This document shows, one piece after another, positions 1 through 15,590 of a stretch of 64,000 bases of DNA (its first letter is position 1; each line of letters begins with the position of its first letter). The position numbers and the translations under genes are program-made. The notes beneath the pieces are model-generated. The model was not told where the DNA came from and ran no database searches. It worked only from the letters and a program-made list of their open reading frames with translations. The stretch lies in assembly GCF_009914755.1 (NCBI RefSeq), contig NC_060947.1; one strand, given 5' to 3'. The stretch comes from the human T2T-CHM13v2.0 reference genome, Homo sapiens.

Positions 1-490
1 TTTAGCTACTCTCATGGATTTAAGTACCATCAATATTGTGATGATCCTTGATCTCTATTTCTAATTGATCTTTAGACCCATCATTCATTGTCTACAAGAC
101 CTCTCCACTGGTCCTGAAACTCAAAACATTTCTAGTTGACTCAATTTTCTCCCTCCCAACCCCCAAAGTGCTGTTGATTCTATGTTCTCTAGCTCTTTGA
201 ATGGCACCATCATCTAACTAGTTGTTCAAGCCAGATATGGAGGAGTCATTTTTCTTCCCCCCAATCATCCACTATGATCAATCAATCACAAAATTCTACC
301 CATTCTACTTCATTAAAAATCTCTCAGATACATGAAATTTATTTCCGTCTCCACTTCCATTGTACTAATCATGACACTATTACCTCCCAACTGGAATACT
401 CCAGTCTTTCCTCTTCTACCTCACTTTCCATACTTCAGAGAGAGTAATCTGTCTAAAATACCAATAAGATCTTATTGCTTCCATATTTAA
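1..490 (+). mobile_element. L2 LINE fragment
   Basis: Degenerate L2 3' RT region (catggatttaagtaccatc...gatgat; tgaatggcaccatc...gttcaagccag...ggagtcatt; caatcaatcacaaaattct). Confidence 0.7.
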
Positions 491-614
491 AAATAATTAA
501 TACTCTGTTATTACTAGGTGCTTTGAGTATACAAAGAAGGAAACATACATGATTCTTGTTTTTAAGGAGCTTGAAGTATAAATTAGAGTGGTGATGGAAA
601 GAAAATAACTAAAG

Positions 615-1095
615 TTTTTTTAATACCAACAACAGAAACTGACTCTGGCTAACTTAAGCAAAATTTAAATAATATATATTAAAAGAATAGTAGATAGTTT
701 CCAAAACCAATAAGAAGTCTGAAAAAGTAGGTTTGGAAAAGAGTCAAGAACCAAAGGTAACTAGGCAGCAAAAAAATATAGCCAAAGTCACTCCACAGGA
801 GCAGCTGATGTTGGCACTACTGCCTCTGGCCACTGACTCTACCGTGTTAATGAATAATCTTTACCTGTCCACATTTCTTTGCATCATTCCCTTAAAATTC
901 AAAATCCCAGAAGGAACCATTCAATTAGAGAAGTCTAAGTCATGCATTCATGACTACATGCCAGGGAGGAAGGAGTGGGAGTATCTGGTTACTTCAAAAT
1001 CCATGAAGGAGATGGAGCTCTAATTCCCACCAAGACTCACACAATGGAAGATTCTCTCAGAATAGAAAGGTTGTTTAGAGAGTAAGCAGCTCCCA
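615..1095. mobile_element. old MaLR (MLT1-type) LTR fragment
   Basis: caacagaaactgactctggctaacttaagca motif typical of old MLT1 LTRs; very diverged. Confidence 0.45.
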
Positions 1096-1129
1096 AAAGT
1101 GACAACTATATATAAATATATGCAAGTTT

Positions 1130-1470
1130 ACAATTCTTTATCCAAAAGCCTTGGGAAAAGATGTATTTGGGAATTCATAAATTTTCAAACTCAGAAGAGT
1201 AACAAGGTTGATATACCATATATTAAGTAATATGATGAGTGGGATTTGGAGCAATATCCCATAATTAAATACACTTATATTTCTTAATTGAAATATATTA
1301 CTATTAACACTAAACTTGGATAAATAAAGACTAGAAAGAGCCTTACTTCAGTTCAAGTTAGGTTTCACTACCAAATAATTTCAGGTCAGACCAGATTTTT
1401 TAATGAATTATGAAAAAATTTCTATTTTCATGACTTTGGGGATTTAAACATTGTAAGAAAGAGTTGATTG
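1130..1470. mobile_element. TcMar-Tigger-type non-autonomous DNA transposon (MER46C-like)
   Basis: Begins tacaattctttatccaaaagccttggg...gatgtatttgggaattc, with a loosely complementary end near 1440-1470. Confidence 0.4.
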
Positions 1471-3269
1471 TCTTGTTTGTGTTAAGCAACATAAATATTA
1501 ATCAAAGTTTCTCAGATAAAGGACACAATTATTCTGAAGAGATCAAGGAACAATCATCCTAGTCTATCTTAAAAGATTACTAGGATTTGAATGGACCTGA
1601 ATGTGAGGAAGGACATAAACTCTGGAAGGCATAGCATGAGGAAACACTCTTGGATGGGAAAAAAAGAAAATATGTGAAGGATAGCTTAGATGAAAGTTTT
1701 AGGGTCTGTGAAGGGGAAGGGCAGGACATAACCTTGAAAGGTTGAGAACTAGATTAAGGGAGTTCTCCAACCAAGGGGGAGTCATTGAAAGTTTTGAATA
1801 TAAAATTATAAAATCAGAGCTATGCTTTGTAAAGATTAATCTGGTTGTACTGTGTCAGTTTCAAACCATCTATATAGATAAATTCTATCTGGTGTCACAG
1901 GAGGTGTTTATACAATTGAAATCCATATTCTCTTGTCCTTGTCTCAGTAAAGATAAACAGCTGCTCAACACCAACAAGTCAATATTACCACACTTGCAGA
2001 ACATTCCTACTCAGTTGCCTACTAAGAAGTATAGAAAAATTGTCGGAAGACTTGTGAAGATCTAGGATACAAATGTAAGATAAACCATAAACACACAATG
2101 TAATGCAGAATACTGAAATTAAATGTTAATATTTAGTCACTTCTTCAATTGTTGCTTGTTTCTTTTAATGATCTAATATCAGTATGCCAGATGTTGATCA
2201 TAATAATGAGTTAATTACAAGTATTCCATTGTGAGGGAAATAGTCAAAGAAAATATAAGTTCCAACAAACATTTGTTGAACATTCAGTGGAGCCGGATAT
2301 TATCCTGGGCAATTTCTGTACGTGATACTCAGGTCAGGAGTGAACTATTTCTTGGACATACACCAGGACAGTAACCTCTCTCCCCTCTCTCTTCACCCCA
2401 AATTCCACCCTCCTTTCTTGGTTGCAGAATAAAACCTCCATATTTGGCACTTATTTGTTCTTAGGAACAGGAACTGGTAGTTTTCTTCATTTTCAAAGCA
2501 TCTCTAGTCTCAACTACAGGAATCAGAATGGCTATATATCAAAGAGCATTGGCTGCTCCAGTTGTTTAGCAGCAAAAAGCACAAAAGAAATGCAGCCTCA
2601 GCACGTTTGAGGTTATTATCCCATTAAGAACCACTAAGTGTGAGCTATAAAAATCTCATAACTGTCTCCACTTCCACCACTGCATTTGGCTCTGTAGTAC
2701 TGTCCTCCCCACAAGCTGTTACCTGCAGACTCTACCATGACACATATTTGCCAGTTATGGTTGTGCTTAAACTGTAGAATAATTTTGCTCTGTACGCTAG
2801 AATATTTCCAATATTTCCAGGACTTAAGGGTCTTCAGAATGAGTTATTTTAGAACTGATTATTGTTCACTTGTTTCACTAATATCATTACAAAACTATAT
2901 AGTACAGCTCTTCAAATCTCATAATCCCTCCCCAACAAACAACTCATTCTCCAAAGTGATTCCCCTTTAACTGGGAAAAACATTTTGTCTAAATATTCTT
3001 AAAATTGGCTCGTTGTGTTAAAGAGATTTTTAAACAATGGATTCATAACTAGAAAGACAATGTGACACAATGCAGCAATTTTGAACTTTATTCTCCTGTG
3101 GCACATGAAACCAAAAAGGTGCATATACTTACAGCACTCCCCTGAGAGAGTTCCGGTGCACTAGTCATAATTGCATCCTGTTTTCTTTGATCAAGAAAGC
3201 AAATAAGATTTTAATGGACTGATAGTAACCACATATTCTCCTGGTTTTCCTTCTGTTCCACTAAGTGTC

Positions 3270-3790
3270 ACTTTTTGGCTCTTCCTTCACAACCTGACTT
3301 CAAAATAGTGGAGAACTTTGTGATTCAGTCTGGTGACATCTCTTCTCATTCTGTACTCTTTTGTTAGGCATTTCCCTAGATATCTTAAGATCGATTTAAT
3401 ATCTATATGATGATGACTCCAGAAATTTCTATTTCTAAGGCAAATCTCTCCTCTGATCTCCAGAAATCTATTTGTCCCTCTGTCTATTTGATACCCCTTC
3501 TTTGATGTTTCAAAGGCATTTCAAATTCAACTTTTCTGCATAATTTTTCTTCAGCAGCTGAGTCCTCTTTCAACAGATCATGCTTCAGTGAATAGTTTCA
3601 CCATCCATCCAGTCTTGTATGTCAGAATCCTAGAAGTCAGCTATAAACCTACTTCTCACTTAACATCTATAGCTAATGTATTCCCAAATCCTGTTAATGT
3701 CCTTAATCTATTTTTGTATTTTTCCCTTTCTATAGCTATCCTTCTAGTCTAGGCCATCATCTCATTTCACCTAGACTACTATAATTTATT
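3270..3790 (+). mobile_element. L2 LINE fragment
   Basis: ctatatgatgatgactcc (YADD-like), ggcatttcaaattcaac, ggccatcatctcatttcacctagactact. Confidence 0.7.
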
Positions 3791-4454
3791 TTCTGCACAG
3801 TAGACATCAAATATAATATGAATAGTGTCTTAGGAGTTAGGAGTTGCTCAACTCAGCAGTTCTCAAGCTACTTGAGAGGAAGTAAGGTCAGGGGATCATG
3901 GTCAGAAGTCAGTTACTAGAATTGTAGTTGAAGAGATGCACAACTTTATGCAGATTAATATGAAAGACATACATTTCTCTGTAGAACAGTCTGAGGTCAC
4001 AGGTAATAAGGAAATGTTAGTAAAGACTTTAAGAGTCAGGATTCAGGAGCTGGGAAGACTAGGTTCATTTTCTGAATCCGTTCCTGCTTCCATGACACTT
4101 ATGACAATCCTGCATCTACCTGTGAGAATGAAACTTGGCCATCTTAAAAACTCACTACACTGACCTAGCACCTGGCATATAATTTGTTTTCCACAAAGGT
4201 CAGCTCTGCCTCCTAGATTATTTAAGCTCTGTCTGATAAATCCAATTCTCTTGAAGAGGGAAAGGGGTAAACAGGGAGATGTGAATGAAGGCAGGGATAA
4301 AGAAAAAAGAGGTGCAGTACTAGAAAAGAGACAAATAAGATGTTCTTATACAATGAGAAATTGTTGCACCTATAACTACCTCTGTTCTCTTGCAAAATCA
4401 CAAAATCAATTTCGTCATATACTTCTAACTGGACATGAGCCTATAGCAAAATAA

Positions 4455-4850
4455 TAATATGTCTCATCTTTTCCACTCTCCCCTTCCTTATTCCCTTCTA
4501 ACCACACCATCTTTTTGGTATTATTGAAATATACCAGGTTTTCCTCAGCCTTAATGATTTATACTTGGTGTTGTCTCTGCTTGGACCCATCTTCTCCCAG
4601 ATATCCTCACCACTATCTCCCTCACTTCCTTCAGGTCACTTCTCTGACAATATTTAACCTGAAGTCTTTCCTGACTTCTCTCACTTGCACATATTATCCC
4701 CCTTCTTGTCTGTGTCACACCAGCAAAACATGAAAGCCACCAGAATAAGGTCTTCCCGTTTTTTGCTGTGGTATCCACAATATTTTAGAATAATGTCTGA
4801 CTTACAGTAGGTGCTCAGTAAATATTTGTTATATGAAAATAATGAGCAAA
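4455..4850 (+). mobile_element. L2 3' end
   Basis: cctcacttccttcaggtc ... acagtaggtgctcagtaaatatttgtt, the L2 terminal motif. Confidence 0.7.
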
Positions 4851-5654
4851 TAATCTGATGCAACCTAGTGATGAAATATCGTAGTGAAAATTCTTCTATT
4901 AATTACTAACAAAGGCTAACAAAGAAGCCTTACTTAAGAAACATCAGTCTGGTTGGATAGAATCCAAGAACTGTGACAATCTCTGCCAACACCCGCTCAG
5001 AACCTTCTTTGCCCCATCCATCTGCTAAGTGTTTCTATTCATGGATTTGCCTTGCGGCTTTGTTTGCAGTCCCATCTAAACTTTTTCTTCCCCAAAGGAA
5101 GAAGCATAATCTCAGTGTCTGGTACATGTTTAGCCTTTTCCTGTTCAAGACTTGGTGTCATTTCTTTTCTCAGGCAATCTGAGCCACAGTCCCACCTCTT
5201 CAATGGTTTTCCTACAGGCCAGGCCTTGTGCCCTACTCACCAAATTGCTTATCTGAAAGAGATTCAGATTTTCTACAGATTGAGTTAAGTCCCTGCTTCA
5301 TACTGGGAACGTATGGATGAGCTAAGTTGTATGTGGGCAGTACAACTGTGGGAACTAGTTTTCAAGCTACTTTTAGGAGCTGTTTGAGTAGTATGCTTAT
5401 GACAGTTAGCAGCATAAGATTGTATTCATGTTCTCTAAACCCTAGATAAAAATACTAAGAACTCAGGTTTTCAGAATTTAAAAATAAAAATGTGTACTTA
5501 TTTATATAGAACCAAAATAAAACACTAATTATTCTACTGCAATTATATTGGACATTTTTCTCTGAAGGTTTTGCAGAATTTTACAAACATGGCTAAATCA
5601 GTGTAGCAGGGAAAATAACAGAAAATGCAACTCTCATGCAGTAATTTAGTGACT

Positions 5655-6258
5655 ACAGAAGGTCCATAAGACATATTTTTAAAAACCCAAATATATGACA
5701 ATTAAACAACTCACTTAAATAACAGGTGAATAATGAATAAATCACAAGGAAAATTAGAAAATATTTTGAACTGAATAACAATAATAATATAACATATAAA
5801 TTGTGGAAGGTAGATAAAGCAATGCTTATAGGAAAATTTATAGCTTTCAATGCTCATAAAAGAAAAAAGCCTCCATCCCTAAAAGCTAGACTAAGAAGAG
5901 CAAACATAATCTTGAATCGTAAATAAGTAAAATGAAATAAATAATGAAGATAAAAGCAAATATCCATGGAATAGAAAACAAACATTACAAAATATAAACA
6001 AAGCCAAAATTTGATTCTTTAACAAGTTCAACAGAAGCAATAAACCCCCAGCTAGACTGGTGAAGGAAGAAGGGGAATCCCGATTACCAATATCAGTAAT
6101 TAAAAATATGTAATCACTGTAAATCTTACAGACATCAAAGGTATAGTAAGGGATATTATGAATAATGTTATGATAACAAACATTGTTTGTTTCGACTTTC
6201 TATTTTACTTTTTGTCAGTTTTGATAAGTTGTATTTTTCAATAGAAAAATATAAAATA
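5655..6258 (+). mobile_element. old L1M ORF2 fragment (host element, part 1)
   Basis: ggaaaattagaaaatattttgaactgaat..., aaagcaatgcttataggaaaatttatagc; degenerate ORF2 post-endonuclease region. Confidence 0.8.
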
Positions 6259-8050
<1,792 letters not shown>

Positions 8051-8687
8051 TCTTGGTTCATATTTAGATGACGCATTTTCTTCAACTGAACAAGAGTCCA
8101 CAGTTACAAATGCAAACAGAAAGGGCACATCTGCGAAAAACAAGCCTCTTAAGCTGGAAGAATGAATAATGATGATTTGTGGGCTGTGCTTTCTATACAG
8201 CGAACTCTGGGAAGACCTTTCTGTGAACAGCTATCTGATAACAATTGAAGAGGCTTTGTGCTCCCACCCACTTCCCACTCTCTTTTGTATCAGTAACTCC
8301 GCAGGGGAAAAGGAGATTGGTAGTAAAGATTCCTTGGTCATTAGAAACTCAGATATCGATTCAGAATCACAGAATTTGCAGGAATTCTTTTTTTCATCAC
8401 TTATAGTTTTGAGTATAGAGTAAATCCTTGAGTGTTTTCTTTGGGGATATGAAAGTTGTTTCTACTTTGAGTCTTAAATCCCCAGTAGAAGCTTCTAGAT
8501 AATGAACCAGATACTTAAATAAAATACTGGTTCAATTAGGATTTAATTAAAGTTTATGGTTATGAAACAATTCCATTTTCATTATAGAAATTGCATGTGG
8601 GGTTTCCCATTTTTATTTTGCATACATTTCTGTTATTCTAGAAAATGTATAAATTTGCTTCTAATTTGAAAAAATATATATAAAATA

Positions 8688-9650
8688 TATCTTAAGGAAA
8701 TTGAATTTGTCATTTTAAAAAAAACTGCCCCAAAAGAAAACATAGTGCTTTTATAGTTTTACCAGTTAATTTACCGGACATTTAAGGAGGAAATAAAATG
8801 AATCTTAAAGAAACATTTTCAGAAAATAGAATAGGAGGGACCAATTCACAACTCATTTTATTATGCCTAAACTAAAGACACAACCTGAGAAATTCATTAC
8901 AAGCTGGGCACGGTGGCTCACGCCTGTAATCCCAGCATGATGCAAAGCTGAGGCAGGAGGATCACTTGAGCTCAGGTGTTCAAGACCAGCCTGGGCAACA
9001 TGGAGAAATCTCATCTCTATTAAAAATACAAAAAAAAAAAAATAGCTGGGTGTGGTGGCACAAGCCTGTAGTCCCAGCTACTGGGGACGCTGAGATAGGC
9101 GGATAGTTTGAGGCCAGGAGGCAGAAGTTGCAGTGAACTGAGATGCACTACAGCCTAGGCAACAGAGCCAGATCCTGTTTCATAAATAAATAAATAAATT
9201 CATTACAAAAAAAGAAACCAAGAGACCAATATCTCTCATAAATACAAAACCCTTAACACAATTAGTACAATTTGAGCAAATAGAATTCAGAAAAAGAAAA
9301 ATATACTGTAACCACATATCTTTTATCCCAAGAACATAGGATTGATTTAATTTGTAAAGGTCAATGTAATTTTCTATAGTTGTTAAATAAAGGAGAACCA
9401 GCATTTGATAAATTTCAACACCCATTCATCAAAAAGAACCTTCAGAAAACTGGGTACAGAAAGAAACTCTCTTAGTCAGATAAGAGTCATTTACAAAAAT
9501 ACCTAGAGCCAATATCATATTTAATGGTGCAATATTGAATGAATTTCCCTTTCAAACAAGGAAAGAATGACTTCTTTTACCACATCTATTCAGCACTTTG
9601 CTGAAAGTAAATGAGGAAAGAAAAAGAGATGAAAGTCATAAAGATCAGCA
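8688..9650 (+). mobile_element. old L1M ORF2 fragment (host element, part 2)
   Basis: ggaaattgaatttgtc..., catttgataaatttcaacacccattcat; collinear continuation of 5655-6258. Confidence 0.8.
8903..9195 (+). mobile_element. AluJ
   Basis: Full dimer with AluJ-type aggatcacttgagc, (TAAA)n tail and TSD aaattcattacaa at 8890-8902 and 9196-9208. Confidence 0.92.
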
Positions 9651-11300
9651 AGAAGGAAACACCAAAATTAGGGAAGGAGAAAGGAAAGAGACAGCCTGCC
9701 TGTCTGGATGATATGGTTTGGATTTGTGTCCCCATCCAAATTGTAGTCCCCAGTGCTGGAGGAGGGGCCTGGTGGGAAGTCACTGGATCATGGGAACTGA
9801 CTTCCCCCTTGCTATTCACCTGACAGTGAGTGAGTTCTCATGAGATCTCGTTGTTTAAAAGTGTGTGGCACCTTCCCCCACCTCCCTTTTTCTTCAGCCA
9901 TGTAAGAGGTGCCTGCTTTCCCTTCGCCTTCCACCACGATTGTAAGTTTCCTGAGGGCTCCCCAGTCATCCTTCCTGTACAGCCTGTGGAATTGTGAGTC
10001 AATTAAACCTCTTTTCTTTATAAATTACCCAGTCTCAGGTAGTTCTTTATAGCAATGTGAGAATGGCTAATATACTGGGAACTCCTGAGAGCCAGAAGTG
10101 ACTTTCCAATGTAGGGAAAGGGTGAGTGAGAGACTCCCAGCAGCCAACATCCCCATCATGGAATTGTGCAACCCTGGTTATGGGTTACCTCTTGATGTTC
10201 CCAACCTGAAAACTAATGTAGAGAGCTGCCATGAGACTGTGGGATGGAAAAGCTCCAGATAGGGAGCTTGCATTGGGTTCTACACCCTTTCTGAGACCTA
10301 AGTGGCTAGAGCAAGGTGCTGTTTTCAAACCCATCCTTTGGCAGACTGCACAATTTCCTGGGGGCCAGCAATGCTGGGACTAAGCCATCAGGGAAAATTG
10401 GACTGTCACTGCTGGTACTGGAGAGTAAGCTAGAAGCAATCCCGTAGCTGGAGCTGGCCCTAAGAAGCAAGCAAAGCATGGACTACAGCTGCTGATCCCA
10501 GGAAGTTAATGTTTTTGGGACAGAGACTAGAACATGAGTGAGGTTTTGCTGCTGGGAATTGGTCACTACTAGGGTGACAGCTCCTGCAGCAAAGTTGGGG
10601 GCACTTCTAATCCTTGGGAGCAAGCCCCATCAAAACCAGGGTGGGAAAGGGACATGCATTCCCCACCTGCTAGCCTACACTGTGGCCACTGAGAATGGCC
10701 ACACCCTCTTCAGTGACAGGGTGTCAGAATGGCTGCTACTGCTCCTCATTCAAGCACTCCATTTGTGGCCTGAGGATTGCCCAGCCCCAGCCCATCATGG
10801 ATGTTCCCTGCTTTTAGCATTGGGTGATCAGAGCACAAGCCCACACAGCCTAAGTTTGTTCCCCCACCCCCAAGGCATAGCACATATCCCAGAGTACTGG
10901 GGATTTCCCAAATCAATCCACCTCCTTGAGCATCTGAGCACTCCTCCTGAGAGCCTGAGGTTGAGCCTAAACTCCTAGCTGCTACCACCTCAGCTGGCAC
11001 CTGCCTGCAAGTGCCAATTGCGGGCCTGGAGACTGGCCCAACCAGCCCATCTCAACCACCACCAACCTAAACACACTGTGCTCTGGACCCAGAGAATCGT
11101 CCTGCCACTGCTACTTCCATTGCTCATGCAATGCTGGCTGCCCAGGGCCTGAGAATTTGCTCACCTGCCTGGTCCACCACTGCCACAACCAGCATCTGAG
11201 CAAGCAATCTGGAAGCTTAACAATCAGCCTGCCAGTAACTGCTAATACAGGTGCAAGTAGACATTGCCCTGAGGCACAAAGATAGGAATGCTCAGCCCTG
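9650..11300 (+). mobile_element. L1MA-type 5'UTR (interrupted by MSTA)
   Basis: GC-richer tract with ggaaagggtgagtgagag...cccagcagcc and repeated gggcctgag motifs, typical of L1M1/L1MA 5'UTRs; joins directly to endonuclease sequence. Confidence 0.65.
9709..10074 (+). mobile_element. MSTA solo LTR (ERVL-MaLR)
   Basis: TG start (tgatatggtttggatttgtgtcccc), attaaacctcttttctttataaattacccagtctcagg, end gctaatata; TSD ctgga/ctggg. Confidence 0.9.
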
Positions 11301-13905
11301 GATAAAGAGATCAATCCAGCAAGATGATATAATAATTCTAAATATATATGCACCCAACAATGGAGAACCCAGATTGATAAAGCAAATACAATCAGATCTA
11401 AAGAAAAAGACAGACCATAATATAATAATAGTCAGGGACTTCAACACCCCATACTCAGCCTTAGACAAACTGTCTAGACAGGAAATCGACAAAGAAACAT
11501 TGGCTTTAAACTGGGCTTTAGACCAAATGGACCTAACAGAAATTTACAGAACATACTATCCAACAATTGCAGAATACACAGTCTTGTCATCAGCACATAA
11601 AATATTCTCCAGGATAAGTTATATTTTAGGCCACAAAACAAGTCTTAACAAATTATTTAAAAATTGAAATCATATCAAGTGTCTTCTCAGACCACAATGG
11701 ACACAACATAACTGAAACATATATGATTAATATATGTTCATGGATTGGAGAAATTATTATCATTAAAATGACCATATTTCCCAAAGCAAACTACAGATTC
11801 AATGCAAATGGTAGCAACATACCGACATTATTTTTCACCGAATTAGACAAAAGCAATCCAAAATTCATATGGAACCAAAAATTGTTCTAAATAGCCAAAG
11901 TAACCACAAGCAAAAAGAACAAAACTGCAGGCATAACATTACCTGACTTCAAAACATGTTACAAACTATAGTAAGCAAAATAGCATGGTATTGGTGTATA
12001 AAATAGACACACCAACCAATGGAACAAAATGGAGAACCCAGAAAGAAAGCCACATATTTAGAGTCAACTGAACTTCAACAAAACTGACAAGAACTTTCAC
12101 TGGGAAAAGGATGCCCAATTCAATAAATAGTGCTTGAGAATTTTGATAGCCAGATGCAGAAGATTGAAATTGGACTCATATCTTTTATCATATACCAAAA
12201 ACCAGCTCCAAATTGATTAAAGACTTAAATATAAGACCCAAAATTATCAAATTACTAGAAGAAAACCCAGGGAAAACTCTCCTGTATGTTGATATAGGCA
12301 AATAATTTATTGCTAAGATCTTAAAAGCACAGAAAACAAAAACAGACAAATGGAACTATATTAAACTGAAAAGCCTGTACACAGCAAAGGAAATAAGCAA
12401 CAGAATGAAGAGACAACCCGTTGAATGGGAAAAAAAAAATTGGCCAACTATTCATCCAACATGGGACTAATATCCAGAATAACCAAGGAACTCAAACACC
12501 TCAAGATGATGAAAATAAATAATCTCATTTAAAAGTAGGCAAAATACATAATAGACATTTCTCCAAAGGAAATACACAAATAGCCAACAGGTATATGAAA
12601 AACATGCTCAATATCACTATCATCAGACAAATGCACATCCAAAACACAGTAAGAACACCATCTTACCCTAGTCAGAATGGCTACTATTAAAAAGACAAAA
12701 ATAAAAGTTGTTGGCGAGGATGTGGAGAAAAGGAAACTCTTATACACTGTTGGTGGAAATACAAACCATTACAACGACTATGGAAATCAGTATGGAGATT
12801 TCTCAAAAAACTAAAAATAGAATTACCATTCAGTCCAGCAATCCTACTGCTGAGTATCTACCCAAAGGAAAAGAAATCCGGATACCTACATTCCTATGTT
12901 CATTGCAGCATGATTCACACTAGCAAAGATGTGGAATTAATCTAAGAAGTGTTTATCAATGGATGAATGGATAAAGAAAATATACTATATACTATTCACA
13001 ATAGCAAAGACATGGAATCAACCCAAATGCCCATCAATGATAGACTGGATAAAGAAAACGTGGTACATATACACCATAGAATACTATTCAGTCATAAAAA
13101 AAGGAAAAAGGTCATGTCTTTTGCATGATCATGCATTTTGCATGATCCATGACATGGTTGGAGCTGGAAACCATTATCCTCAGCAAACTGGAACAGAAAA
13201 CCAAACACTGCATTTTCTCGCCTATAAGTGGGAGCTGAACAATGAGAATACATGGACACAGGGAGGGGAACAACACATGCTATGGCCTGTCAGGGCAGGG
13301 AGATGCGGAGGAAGGGAGAGCATCAGGATAAATAGCTAATGCATGTAGGCTTAATACCTAGGTGATGGGTTTATAGGCGCACCAAACCATCATGACACAC
13401 ATTTACCTATGTAGCAAACCTGCACATCCTGCACATGTATCCTGGAATTTAAAATTAAAAAAAAGAAAATGTGCTGTATATACACAATGGAATGCTATTC
13501 AGCCTTAAAAACATGAACTCATTTCATTTGCAGCAACATGAATGGAACTGGAGATCATTATCTTAAGTGAAATAAGCCACACATAAAAAGACAAATATCA
13601 TGTGTTCTCATTTCTATGTGAGAGCCAAGAAATTTGATCACATTAGATAGTGGAAAGGTAGATAATAGAGACTAGGATAGGTGAATTGAAAGGAAGAAGG
13701 AGGATGAAGAGAAATGAGTCAAAGGGTACAGTAAGATAGAAGGATAAATTCAATATTTGATGGTAGAGTAGGGTGACTATACTTAAAAAAGTGTATTATA
13801 CTCAGGTAACGAAGACTCAAAATACCCTGACTTGATCACTATGCTTTACATATGTGTAACAAAATTTCTCATGTACCCCATAAATTTGTATACATTTTTT
13901 AAAAA
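11300..13905 (+). mobile_element. L1MA ORF2 (endonuclease fused to C-terminal part) and 3'UTR, internally deleted
   Basis: ORF 11251-11667 IQQDDIIILNIYAPNNG...DFNTP is L1 endonuclease; 11730-12960 is late ORF2; L1MA 3'UTR runs to about 13900. Confidence 0.88.
12990..13465 (+). mobile_element. L1PA 3' end nested in L1MA
   Basis: ctattcacaatagcaaagacatggaatcaacc ... cacatgtatcctggaatttaaaattaaaaaaaa; degenerate TSD aagaaaatatactata / aagaaaatgtgctgta. Confidence 0.85.
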
Positions 13906-15245
13906 TCAGTAAGGAAGAAGCAAGTCTTTTGTTTTTAAGTCCCATGAAAGTATATGTAGAAAATTATAAAGAATCTACCACTAAAATTACTATAATATTT
14001 ATGTCATTTTAGCAAGGTAGCAGGATATAAACTAATATAAAAATCAATTATGTTTTCATATTTTACTGTTGAAAAATAAAAAATAGAATTCACAATAGCA
14101 ACAAAAACCTATTACTAGAAATAAATCTAATGACAGATGTGCAAGACCTCTACAATGAAAACTAAAAACCATTGCTGAGAAAAATTAAGGCCTAAATAAA
14201 TGGAAACATTTTCATATTTGTGAATTGGAAGACAACATTTTTAAGATGTCAATTATCCTCAAAATTATCTGTAGATTCCATGCAATCTTAAACATAATGC
14301 CACCATGCTTTTTTTGTAGAAATTGACTATCTGATTCCCTGAATATATATGGAATTTAAACAACTGACCTAGAATAGTGAAAGTAGTTAGAAAAATCACA
14401 ACAAATTTGAAGAAATATACCACCTTATTTTTTTATTAATAATTTTTATTTCAGTAGTTTTGGGAGTAGAAGTGGTTTTTGGTTACATGGATGAATCATA
14501 TAGTGGTGAAGTCTGAGATTTAAGTCCACCAGTCAACACAGTAGTGTACATTGCCCACAATGTGTAGTTCTTTATCCTTCATCCCCATCCCACCCTCCCC
14601 TTTCTGATACCACTTAATTTTGAGAATTACTGTAAAATTACATTACTCAGGACAGTATGGTACAGTATGGTACTGTTAATAGAGCAGAGTTCAGAAAAAG
14701 ACTCACACTTATAACAGTTATTTAATTTTTGGAAAAGTCACTAATGCAATCCAATGTTGAAAGAAATGGCTTTTCAACAGTTTTCAGAAATACTGGCTCT
14801 CCATATGGAAAAATAATAGAACTCAACCCTCACCTTACATCATAAACAAAAATTAATTTGACATAGATCACTTATATAAATGTAGCATAACGCATGTTGT
14901 ATATTTATACAATGAAACAAAACTTAATAATAAAAAGGAGAAAACTACTGAAACACAAAACAATATGGAAAATCATAAAAATATTATGCTTAATGAAACA
15001 AGCCTTACACAAATGAGTACCTACTGTGTGATTCCATTTACATGAAGGTCTAGAACAGGTAAAAGTAATCTACCATGGAAAAAAATCAGAACATTGCTTC
15101 TGATGAGGGTATGGGCACAATTTGACTGGGAATGAAGCACTAGGAAACTTTCTGGAGTAATTGCAATGTTCTACATTTTTATAGAGGTTAGAGTTATATT
15201 GCACATTCATTTGTTAACAATCTTCGAATATTACACTTAAGCTTT
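13905..15245 (+). mobile_element. old L1M ORF2 end and 3'UTR (host element, part 3)
   Basis: tttagcaaggtagcaggatata, gatgtgcaagacctctacaatgaaaact, tactgtgtgattccatttacatgaag. Confidence 0.75.
14427..14606 (-). mobile_element. L1PB-type 3' end
   Basis: tttttggttacatggatgaatcatatagtggtgaagtctgagattt; TSD-like ataccacctta / ataccacttaa. Confidence 0.72.
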
Positions 15246-15294
15246 GTAGGGACTTGAGCTCATAGGTGCTGCTCGGCAACAGGGGGTCCAACTA

Positions 15295-15576
<282 letters not shown>

Positions 15577-15590
15577 CTACATTTTGTGTT

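Noticed and set aside
10538-11000. 146-aa and 84-aa ORFs
   Set aside because: They lie in a GC-richer L1 5'UTR and show no recognisable domain.
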